Source of the DNA: Phyllosticta citribraziliensis
Taxonomy: Eukaryota
Reading direction: 5' to 3'
Length of the DNA stretch: 64,000 nt
NCBI RefSeq assembly: GCF_038025025.1
Contig: NW_027117346.1
Coordinates: 248,001-312,000 of the forward strand
A program made the position numbers and the translations under genes. The notes beneath the pieces are model-generated. The model was not told where the DNA came from, ran no database searches, and worked only from the letters and a program-made list of their open reading frames with translations. Shown here piece by piece: positions 52,366 to 61,844 of the stretch. Every line of letters starts with the position of its first letter. The stretch's first letter is position 1.

Positions 52366-53472
52366 CTACCCCTTGACGAAAGAGATGAAGCTGTACGCCG
52401 TCTTGTCCGTTGGGAGACCGTCCCACAACTCCACAGGCATTGATAACAAGAGAAGTACTGAGTCAGACTCCATCGAACTGACGACCCTGATTGAGACGTT
52501 GCGCAGGTCCGGTGGAAGGTTTGTCGTGAGCCACTTGGTGAACTGTTCAGAGTCTGGCAAAGACTTCTCTCCGACAAGGCTCACTGAGATCAGTACGCGG
52601 TACTCTGATTCCCCGAGATCCAGAATAGCCTTTTTCCGGTCTTCCACCGTCAAAGTCCTGTGATTACGAGAACGATCCTGCTTCCCGAGAACCACACTTT
52701 CCTTGTCCTTCTCCAAGAGGTGCACCGGGGTTCGCAGGAGACCGTTTTGTGAGCGAGCACGAGTCAGCTCGGCGAAAATTTGCGCAACTGATTTCGGGGC
52801 GCCGTTGAGATCTTCGAGTAGTCGAGCGAGGACATTGGTGAAACTGTTCTCCAGGCTATCGCTCGCAGTGTCTGAAGGGGTGAAACCAGCGGCTCCAAGA
52901 AGCTCTGGCCCGTTGTGATAGTCGGCTGCAATCGCACTGCAGCAATCAAAGATGTGGAGATATCGTCCCTTCCTGGACCTGGCGTTTGTGCCGAATTCGC
53001 TCCATTGCGCCCAGGGCTCGATGATATGATCATTTTCGTCAGTCTGTGCAGCCCAATAAAAATCTCGGTAATTATTGCTGACTGCTGCATGACCCGAATA
53101 GACAAAAATGAGTAACGAATCGTTTTGAGCGTATCGTTCGCAAAATTGAAGAAACTTGGCCTTCAGAAATTGCTCCGGAGAGTCGTTTTCCGCCGGAATT
53201 TGGATTGTTTTACACGTGAAATTGTAAACATTAGAAAAGACATTCATCATGTTGGCTTCTGCAGTGCGACATCCCATAGTGTCACTCTCCCACGTCACTC
53301 CCAAAACTGCAACACTTCCATAAGGCGTGGAGCGTGTGGGGAACACCCTCGCCATGGCCGCCTCGACGTCCTTTACGAACTCTTGTCTCGAGGCCAAGTG
53401 GCCTCTCCGAGTGTTTGCAGAGACTGGCTTCGTAGAGTGGCCATGCAAGATTTGATCCGGCGTGGCAGGCAT
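52366..53472 (-). CDS. Caspase/metacaspase-like (peptidase C14 / caspase-hemoglobinase fold) protein, copy 1, His/Cys dyad intact
   Basis: 368-aa ORF: VAVLGVTW, LLIFVYSGHA, LHIFDCC, ELLGAAG..SFT..L, plus a conserved ~90-aa C-terminal domain. A further 3' exon is possible (GTAGGC at the stop). Confidence 0.8.
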   Translation of the reverse strand: MPATPDQILHGHSTKPVSANTRRGHLASRQEFVKDVEAAMARVFPTRSTPYGSVAVLGVTWESDTMGCRTAEANMMNVFSNVYNFTCKTIQIPAENDSPEQFLKAKFLQFCERYAQNDSLLIFVYSGHAAVSNNYRDFYWAAQTDENDHIIEPWAQWSEFGTNARSRKGRYLHIFDCCSAIAADYHNGPELLGAAGFTPSDTASDSLENSFTNVLARLLEDLNGAPKSVAQIFAELTRARSQNGLLRTPVHLLEKDKESVVLGKQDRSRNHRTLTVEDRKKAILDLGESEYRVLISVSLVGEKSLPDSEQFTKWLTTNLPPDLRNVSIRVVSSMESDSVLLLLSMPVELWDGLPTDKTAYSFISFVKG

Positions 53473-54160
53473 GTTGGCGAATAGCTCTTCCTAAATAACA
53501 GTCAGTAAGTGGAATGCCAATCGAACGTTCGGGATACCAAAGATGCTTACGGACAGGATTCTTGATCAGCGAGGTCTTGATGAGTGAGCCGTTCAAGAGG
53601 TCTTGGGTGTCCCAGGTTGGAAAGCCGTTGGTTGGCAGAGTGGTGGAGGGAGTTGCTGAATTTATATCACGCCTGCCGAACTTGACAAACGGAACCATGG
53701 ATGGAAACAAAAGGCTACCAGCCAAACTTCTAGCAGGCGCAACAAGGATTTGTCCGACTACAGTACCCTATCATCGTTTGCCAGCCCAACAAATTCTGTC
53801 GTCGTGTTTCTCAGCGATTCCACTCTCCTTTTCGCTCCTCTCTTCGCCCATGATCTTCGTTCGTCCGTTTTACGACCAACAAGATATTGCCTGATTCTTC
53901 TAGCCTCCAGCCGACTCAAACCATCGTGAGATGAGGAAACAGCCTTCTGGGAATGCCGCTGATCTCGTTTGCTACACGGGTTGTCGACACCAATCTCGTC
54001 CGCTTTCTAGCAATCATTTCTCAGCAAGCCTAAGGTCCGGGAAGGTGTCGTCGGGATTTTCGTGGAATTGCGGACTACCTGCCACCAGTTCTATCATGGG
54101 TTTGGGTTGGGGTTGCGGCACACCGGCGGGCTGCAGACAGGTAGTGGGTAGTATGTAGCC

Positions 54161-55282
54161 TTACATACTATCCTTGACGAAAGAGACAAAGCTGTACGCT
54201 GTCTTGTCAGTCGGAAGACAATCCCAGACTTCCAGGGGCATCGTGAGAAGCAAGATGATGGAATCAGCCTCCTTGGCCGTGGCAAGTCGAATGGACAGGT
54301 ATCTCAAGTCCGGTGGGAGATTTGTCGTCAACCACTGCTTCCAGCTCTCAGCATCCGGAAGCGCCGTTGGGCCGGAGAGGTTTACCGAGATCATTACTTT
54401 GTGGTCAGACTGGTTCATGGTCTCAATGCCCTTGGCTCGGTCTCCATCCGTGAGATTCAGGTGCTTTTGCGTCCGTCTGGAGAGCCTACCGAGTACGATG
54501 CTGTCCATGCCCTGCTGAAGTAGGTGAACCGGGGTTCGCTGAAGACCGGTCTCGATACGGGAGCGTACCATGTCGCTGTAAATTTGGGAAATCGACCGTG
54601 GTTTTCCGTCGAGCTTTTCCAGTTGCCTTGCTAAGATGTTGGTGAAATTGAAGTTGTAACTGGATGACGATACCATGTCGAGGCGGTGGAATCCCGAAGC
54701 ACCGAAGAACTCCGGCCCATTATCAAACCCTGCTGCAATGGCGGCACAGCAATCGAAAAGGAAAAGGTAGCGACCGCCCTTCACAGGCTCAACAAGGCCT
54801 TGGATGGACCTCCACGAAATTTGTGGCCAGCCCAGCCCCCGGTATCCTAAGCGCTCGTCGGCTCGCCCACACCAGACCATGTCCGTGTAATCTGGACTGA
54901 TTGCCGCATGGCCAGAGTACACGAGTATCATGAGAGACTCGTCCGAGTCCCACTCCGCGCGGAATGTGAAGAGCTTCTCTTGCAGGACTCCGAGGCAGTG
55001 TGGGGCTGTGTCTGAAGGCAGGACGAGAGATTCGCAGTGGAAGCCGTACGTGCTGCGCAAAACTTGCAACAAGTTCTCCTCGGCGTCCTCGCACCCCGTC
55101 AAGTCATTGTCCCAGCGAACAGCTAGGACAGCAACTTTCTTGAAAGGCGTGCTATTGGCCGGGATAGCCTTGTTCACGGCTCTCTCAATGTCTTTCAGTA
55201 GCTCTGCTCCGCTGACATGGCCTCGCTCCTCGGTGTGCGCACTCGACTTCGTGGAATGGGTTTGCGAGCCTTGATAGGACAT
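54161..55282 (-). CDS. Caspase/metacaspase-like protein, copy 2, His/Cys dyad intact
   Basis: 373-aa ORF: VAVLAVRW, LMILVYSGHA, LFLFDCC; colinear with copy 1 (WLTTNLPPDLR, PTDKTAYSF). A further 3' exon is possible (GTATGT just before the stop). Confidence 0.8.
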   Translation of the reverse strand: MSYQGSQTHSTKSSAHTEERGHVSGAELLKDIERAVNKAIPANSTPFKKVAVLAVRWDNDLTGCEDAEENLLQVLRSTYGFHCESLVLPSDTAPHCLGVLQEKLFTFRAEWDSDESLMILVYSGHAAISPDYTDMVWCGRADERLGYRGLGWPQISWRSIQGLVEPVKGGRYLFLFDCCAAIAAGFDNGPEFFGASGFHRLDMVSSSSYNFNFTNILARQLEKLDGKPRSISQIYSDMVRSRIETGLQRTPVHLLQQGMDSIVLGRLSRRTQKHLNLTDGDRAKGIETMNQSDHKVMISVNLSGPTALPDAESWKQWLTTNLPPDLRYLSIRLATAKEADSIILLLTMPLEVWDCLPTDKTAYSFVSFVKDSM

Positions 55283-56265
55283 GCTGTATGCTCCTTGAAC
55301 ACTGGTCAGTCGCGGAATCCCAGGGACTTTAGTGAGTTAAAGACTTTTACGCGCGGTGGTCGTATTGGCAATATTTTGATCAGGAAATGGCGCTATTTCA
55401 ATCAAAAAGTAGTACTATTGCAATCCAGAATTCAAGTGAAGTAAAATGAGAAGACAAAATTCTCGAACCAGTTGAAAAATTCCAGAGCACAGTACCATGG
55501 ACTGCAAACAAAATCGGGAGCTCAACAGAATCTACTACCATGGTAGTCATCTAGCTTGAATGCTCCCCATTCGGTTCGGGTAAAGCTATGTATGACTCCA
55601 TCTTCGTCTTGTTCATTTGTTTCCGTGCTGAGCTTGTCGTCAAGTGGCATCAAAGCGCTAATCCGCGAGGTCTCCGTTCCATTGGCGTTCCTTTCGCGTG
55701 CGAATGCTCCTCTTGCCTACGCGCGCCGCTCCGTCCGTCCATGCCGCGCCATCGCACGTGTCACGCCCACCCAAACCCAACTTACCTTACCCAACGCAGG
55801 AACTTGTCGGCTGGGTGTTTTAGAGTGGTGCGGTGCCTGAGCCGGGTGTTTGAGCACGCGAGCGACCACGCGAGGGGGCGGGTCGGGTCGGGCAGAGGCA
55901 CGGCGGCGCGAGCGGGAGGGTTAGGGGTGTGGTCAGGGGTAGGGAGGGTGAGTGGAGAGGTTGACAGGGGTGGTGTGGTCGGTGAAGGACGCTAGTGCGT
56001 CGGCGGCCCTGGGCTAGGTCGTGGACTAGGTAGGTAGGTAGGGCGGGAGGTAGGAAGGTGAGGTAGGTGGGTTGCGTCCAGATTTAGAGTATGTGTACGT
56101 GGATGTCGTGATGGGATGAGGGGATGATGGCGCGAGAAGGACAGGCAAGTGGGTGAGTGGTAGCAGGTATGAGCGGCCATTTACCAGCGCAGGCCACTGT
56201 CACCCCCCAACACCACCCCAGGTGCGTGAAGAGGCCAGAGAGGCAGACGGCATCAGTCCCCATCC

Positions 56266-57729
56266 CTAACCCCCACATCCTCCCCCTCCTCTGCCAGGGA
56301 GGTATCCTCCTCTCACGCCACCTCTTCCACGCATCTCCCTCCAAAGCTTCAAGTTGCGCCTTCGCGCGGGCTCCACGCCCTCAAACAGAGGCATCTCGCG
56401 CTTCAAGCGGAAACTCCTGCGCGGCCGCGGCGCAGCGGCGATGCCCACTTGTTTGGCCCAGACAGACGGCTGGGGGCGGTGATCTTGCATGTGGGAGAGG
56501 AAAGTGTACATCCTTTTGCCATAGATTGGGAATTCCTGCCACAGCTCGAGCGGAATGGACGCGATGAGGAGAGCGGTGCCGTCATTGATGTCGTCGTCAG
56601 CGGCGGTGGGAAGCTGCACCGACTCAACGCGCACCGAGTGCGGTTGGTTGAGCGGCAAGTGTGCCGTCAGCCAATCTTGCCAGTCATTAACTCCATCGAT
56701 CCAGCGGTCGCAGGCGAGACGGATGGAGAAGAGGACGCGGAGACTCTGCCGGTCCATAGCGGCAAGCGCCTCTCTGCGGCTCTCAAGTGTGAGCGAATGC
56801 TTCTGCGGCTGGCGCGCGAGGAGGGTGCTCGGCACGAATTCTTTATCAAAAGACTCTCCTCGGACTTCGTGAACGGGGACGCCGCCGAGGCCCTTCTGGA
56901 CGCGTTTGTGGGTCACTTCGCCGTGGATCTGGACGACGGAGCGGACCTCTCCATTCAGGCCCTCGAGGTGGTCTGCGAGGCTGTAGATGTACTCGTGCGG
57001 CGGCGACAGATTGGGCGACGCATCGCCGTAGGAGCTTTTGGGGCAAGACAGGGACTCGGCCAAGACATACGATTCGCCCTCGTCGACCCAAAAGCAGTCG
57101 AAAATGCGGAGGACGCGCGGGTAGTTTTGCATCGCGCCAGAATAGAAGCCGCCGTACTCGGCGAGCCTGGTGCCGTCGAGCTCGAGACCCATACTTGCAC
57201 GTTGGCTGTCCCTCGTAGTGAGCGGGTTTAGCTGCCAAGAGTAACGGCCCCGATGCAAGGCCGTCCCCCTTTCTTTGAACGCGGCAAAAGACGAGTACCC
57301 GACGTACACGATGATGGACAGCGAGTCATCCTTCTTGCAACGGTCGTGAAACTCGATCAGCGCGTTCCTGAACACATTCATCGAGGCCAGCGGGTCTCCT
57401 TCGTTGACCGCGATGACGAGCGACTCGCACGCAAAGTTGTACGTGTCGCGGAAGACGCCGAGGAGCCTCTGTTCAGCCAATTTGGCGTCCGCATCGTCGT
57501 TCTCCCAGGTGATGCCCAGGACCGTGACGCGTTGCAAGGGCGGCTCGTGGATGGGCAGGGCGCGCTCGACGGCGATTTTGAAGTCTTTGGCAAACTCCCG
57601 CGCCGACTCGAGGCGGTGTCTTGAGGGAGAGTGCAGTGGGCGAGGGAATCGCCGAGCTGGATGGCCCAAACCGCCGCAGCGGCAGCGGGGCCTTCGCTCT
57701 GAGCGGTAGTCTTCGCACGCTATGCACAT
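56266..57729 (-). CDS. Divergent caspase-like paralog, copy 3, catalytic positions substituted (putative pseudo-protease)
   Basis: 487-aa ORF: VTVLGITW, VFRDTYNFACESL, LSIIVYVGYS, LRIFDCF, LRVLFSIRL..WQDWLTAHLP..IPLELW..YTFLS. Confidence 0.75.
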   Translation of the reverse strand: MCIACEDYRSERRPRCRCGGLGHPARRFPRPLHSPSRHRLESAREFAKDFKIAVERALPIHEPPLQRVTVLGITWENDDADAKLAEQRLLGVFRDTYNFACESLVIAVNEGDPLASMNVFRNALIEFHDRCKKDDSLSIIVYVGYSSFAAFKERGTALHRGRYSWQLNPLTTRDSQRASMGLELDGTRLAEYGGFYSGAMQNYPRVLRIFDCFWVDEGESYVLAESLSCPKSSYGDASPNLSPPHEYIYSLADHLEGLNGEVRSVVQIHGEVTHKRVQKGLGGVPVHEVRGESFDKEFVPSTLLARQPQKHSLTLESRREALAAMDRQSLRVLFSIRLACDRWIDGVNDWQDWLTAHLPLNQPHSVRVESVQLPTAADDDINDGTALLIASIPLELWQEFPIYGKRMYTFLSHMQDHRPQPSVWAKQVGIAAAPRPRRSFRLKREMPLFEGVEPARRRNLKLWREMRGRGGVRGGYLPGRGGGGCGG

Positions 57730-58861
57730 GTTGAGATTGTACTGTCTGCTGAATGCAGGCGGTTCTTCTTCAGGTTGATAGCTGAATGGAGCGAGTGCTT
57801 GTCCAGACGAAAGGAAACGGCGATTGTGAGAGAAGGAGAGGGTTTTAATAGATTTGGGTACTAGGGCAGCGGAGCGAACAGTTGAGAGAATATTACCGTT
57901 GACCTAACTCAGCAAGTTGAGGTGACTCACAATGGCCGTTGAGTGTTGACCTCCCTCTCTCCCTCTCTTCCAGTCTACTAGCAACAGCAACGGACCACAA
58001 CAGCTACATGCGTCATAATGCCACCTTGAAGCGGTGCACTGTCGACCCATGGTTCTGCTCGTCTACCGTCCCTCTAGGCGAAGCTCTTTGGAACATGCTA
58101 GACTGTTCGTAGAAACCAGTCATCAGTGCAGAGAGACAAGCGACGATTGACGCGCACGCAACCAGACACAAGCATTCTGGATGATGGCACATCCGCATCT
58201 CCCTACGACCAAGAGTCGCTGAGCCGGAGAGTTGCGATGAAAGTGGGACACCATTGACAGACAAAGCAAATCCTCAAACGCGTTTCTGGAAGACAGTGAT
58301 AGTGGTCAGGCAAAGAATAGCTTCCATGCCACGCCCCCGAGGCCAGGGGTCGTGCGCATGGCTGACACGTGGCCGCTGGGTGGGAGTGAGGTGTAAGGTG
58401 CTGGCTGCCAGATGCCAGGTGTTCAAAGGAGGGCTCGCTCGGACGGTTGGGCGCGCGTGCCAAGCAAGGAAGCAATCAGAGCGCGTGGCTACTGCCTATT
58501 GATTCACGGGGCTTGTGAAACTGGAGAAAAGAAAGTGTGAAAGGTGTGGGGCCGCTTGTGGGATGGAAGAAACGTACGCTCGCTGGGCGGAAGAAAGAGA
58601 AGAGAATCAGGCCGAGGTAAACAGCCACCCGACGGTTGAAGCTCGTTGCGTGTCGGACAAGCACATCGATCATGTCAATTGCTGCGGAGAATATGCAGAA
58701 GATGATCTCAAAAGGCCCGACCGAGCAGAGTGTTGGTTGAAGAGTAGGCACTGTTGGAACACATGATCTTATTGATACTCTTCTAGAACGTTATGTACGG
58801 CCATCATCGAGTGATGACTAGGAAAGGGACGCGCACCGTTAAATTCAAAGCCTCCAAATTT

Positions 58862-59296
58862 CTAGTGCTTGGTCTTCAAGACGTACTTGCCGTCCTTTGC
58901 ACCATGCTTCTCGTTTTCGACAATGGCAGCCATGACAAGCCGCATGGCCTCCGACTCAGGCTTGGAGTCGACATTGCCGGGCATGTCAATGGTCCACTTG
59001 CCTCCGTGTTTGCTCGATTCAGCGGGGGCGTCATCGGTGCTCTTGGATTTTGGCGTGTCCATGGGGTCCTGTGAAGATCAGCTCACAATTGACTAATTGG
59101 GTTGTTCGGTGCGGGAACGAGTGCCGGCAGATGAAGGCAAGTCGGCACACAGCTAGTGACTTACCGAGATGGCGGGCGCGGCCTTGCCCTTCTTGCCATG
59201 CGACGGGTGTGATGGGACTTCGGCAGTGAGGCGGCCTCCCTTGGAGGAAGCCATCATCTCCGAGGGATTCGGATCGTGAGACTGGGGAGGAGCCAT
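58862..59296 (-). CDS. Small hydrophilic orphan protein (112 aa), 2 exons
   Basis: ATG 59296 in CACC context. Exon 59165-59296, intron 59069-59164 (GTAAGT..GCTGAT..CAG) and exon 58862-59068 join in frame (..AAPAIS|DPMDTPK..). Confidence 0.6.
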
Positions 59297-59768
59297 GGTG
59301 CAGCAACGACGTCTTGGCTGATGTGTGTTTGGACGACGATAGATTTGACAGACAAGCGGTACTCGGTACTTTGACAAAGGGGCAGACTAGCATATAAGCA
59401 AGCACCGAGACCAAGAAGACCAAGAAGACTTCATTACGGGCAGTACCGCCAGGCACCTGCCGCAATCGGCAACTTGGACGTGTGGACTGATGGAATGCCA
59501 ACCCCCAGACGTCAGAGGTAGGCAATTGGTGACTTGGCGCAAGTGGTAAAGTGAAACATGGAGGCAAGTCCGCCAATCGTCAGCGAGTCATTGGCCTTTC
59601 GGCTGAGGTTGACAAGGCGTTCCGGCCAGCGAGGCAGCGCATTGTAGCATCGCAGCCGCGGGGTGCTTTGTTCGGGACCCTGAAAATGGCGCAGAAAAGA
59701 CAGGTTGGCAAGCAAAACAAACATGTGGTGAGTGAACACGCAGACGGTGTCTCTGTGGTTGTGCTGCA

Positions 59769-60258
59769 GCCAAGTCGAAGATGTCTCTCGGAGACTTGAA
59801 GACGTGTCGTTATTCTCCGGACATGGACAGGAATGGCGCAGAACTGTTCACAAAAAGCACCACCACGACAAATCAGCTCCAATCAGGTCTGGACGGCATG
59901 TGAAAAAAAAAAAAAAAAAGAAAAAAGAAACGGAGAAAAGAAAAGAAGCAGGAGGCCAAGCTACCTCGGCGGAGCGGTTGTGGCGGATCGACAGAAGGAG
60001 GAGCGGGATGTCTTGGCTCTTGGCGCGGTGAGGGAGGCGGTCGGGGGTAGGACCATCGTATCTGGTGGTAGCGCAGAGGGCCAAGAGCAATCAATCGACT
60101 GATTGGGAGTAGCAGCAATACAGCAGCGCCAATGCCGTCTGAGACGGCGCTCGAGCGACGAGTAGAGGCGGACCTGCTTGGCGATACGACGGACCTGCGC
60201 GGCCAAGAGGACACACGGCAGCGGCGGCGAGATTGCCGGCAGTCGTCACATGGCCAAG
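59769..60258. promoter_or_regulatory. Cluster of eight GCCAAG (PacC/Rim101 consensus GCCARG) sites upstream of PMA1
   Basis: Sites start at 59769, 59955, 60080, 60202 and 60253 (+), and at 60012, 60019 and 60177 (-). Confidence 0.6.
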
Positions 60259-61242
60259 GGCGAAGGATTCCAGTTCAGTTGTTGGGCGCACACGTGCAAG
60301 CGGCGGTGGATGATGAAACGACAGCGTTGAGGTGGTGTTTGACAGAGAGCAGAGCAGAGCAAGGGCAAGGGCAAGGGCGAGGGCGAGGGCGAGTTGAGGT
60401 TGAAGTTGGGTGTGGATAAGCTGCTGGTGGGTGCACTCTCGGTTGGCTGGGCTTGACCCACCCCCGCAGGCGAGAGAGGAGGCCTGGTTCTGGCTGGGTC
60501 GGTGGGCCCACCTCGACCCAATGCTACAGCGAGGACGTTGGCAGCGGCTCAACACCTCACAGCCGCGAGAAAGGAGGCGCCGGCACCGTTGGGTTTGGTC
60601 TCTCCAACTGCCGCATTGGGTTGCTGGGGATTTAACCGCTTAGTCAGACTCGGACGGTCAGATGCGAACTGCACTGCACTTCAGGCCCAGGGCCCCTGTC
60701 GCGTCGGGGGCCAGCTCCCACTGGAGGCGAGGCACATCCCCCGCAAAGCACTGACTGAACAGTACGGTACCCGGACTTAATGCTGTTGAGACGACTGTCC
60801 AGTTATCGCGCATCGTCCAAGCCCTTGGCACACAAGAGCATTATTCGGCGGGCGCCGTCTGCGTGCGGTGGTCCCCCCTGCAACTGCAACCTAGGTACGC
60901 TGGCCAGGAATGCCTCGCGGCTAAAGCTGGTGGTTTTGTTTTGTTTCGGCGGGTGTGCGTCCATTATTTTGAGCTGAGCGGCCCGACGGTCGGTCCAGCG
61001 TCGCACAGGCTGCAAACGATGATTTTCAAGCTTTTAAATCGTCTCACGCTCACTCTCCTTGCCGTACCGTACCGCACCGCTCGCTGATCGCGGGATCGCG
61101 CTCCTCAATCTGTGCATGTAGGTGTAGCCCTTATGCAACCAGCTGGGGGAGCAACAAAAGCCACAGAACCACCTAGAGATACCGTCCCGCTCCCTCCAAT
61201 TGAGCCCTTGTCGCCGTGTCGTGCGTGTCGTGCCACCTGCCT

Positions 61243-61249
61243 TATAAAA
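61243..61249 (+). promoter_or_regulatory. TATA box of PMA1
   Basis: TATAAAA followed by a pyrimidine-rich (CATCC)n tract, about 600 nt upstream of the ATG. Confidence 0.6.
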
Positions 61250-61844
61250 CCCGAGAGAGCCCTGCCCTGTCCGCGGGGGTGACGAGTGTTGCGTGGTTTT
61301 GATTGTCCGCCCTGGCTTTTCGCTCCCGTCTGCTCCATCCCATCCATCCCATCCATCCCATCCCATCCCAATCCCCCAACTGGATTCCTCCACCACGCTG
61401 CGCCATTGTTCGCCCATTGCCCGCCATTGTAGCTGAAAGGTACGTCGTGAATCCCTCATGCACCCACTCCAAGCACCCCTCAACAACGACACCCGAAGCC
61501 CGCGCAACGGCTGCCGGCCCGTGCGGCATGCTTGCCTGCTGAGGACGTGGAGCCGCGGTTGCTGCGTGGTTGCTGGCTTACCAGGTGGGAAAGCTTAAGG
61601 GCACGCTAGTGCCGATTGCGCTGGGTAACGGTACAAAACCCCAGGCTCTTCTCTTCTCGCGCATTGGACCCACCCTACCCTCGTCTCCCCTCCTCTCGTC
61701 TCCTCTCCCATTGCATTGCCCCCTCTCCTTCGCTTCGCTAGTCGCCGAAAAGTCGCCCTGCTACTGCGACGTGCGCTTACGCCCTCTAGCATTATCGCCT
61801 TGCGACCATCTTAGCGATTGCTTGTCCGCCCAAACGCCATCACC

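Noticed and set aside
56449..57231. 260-aa plus-strand ORF
   Set aside because: Antisense shadow of caspase-like copy 3.
57295..57297. RIP as the cause of the His-to-Tyr change in copy 3
   Set aside because: The gene is GC-rich, has no stops and shows no visible TpA excess; one transition is not evidence.
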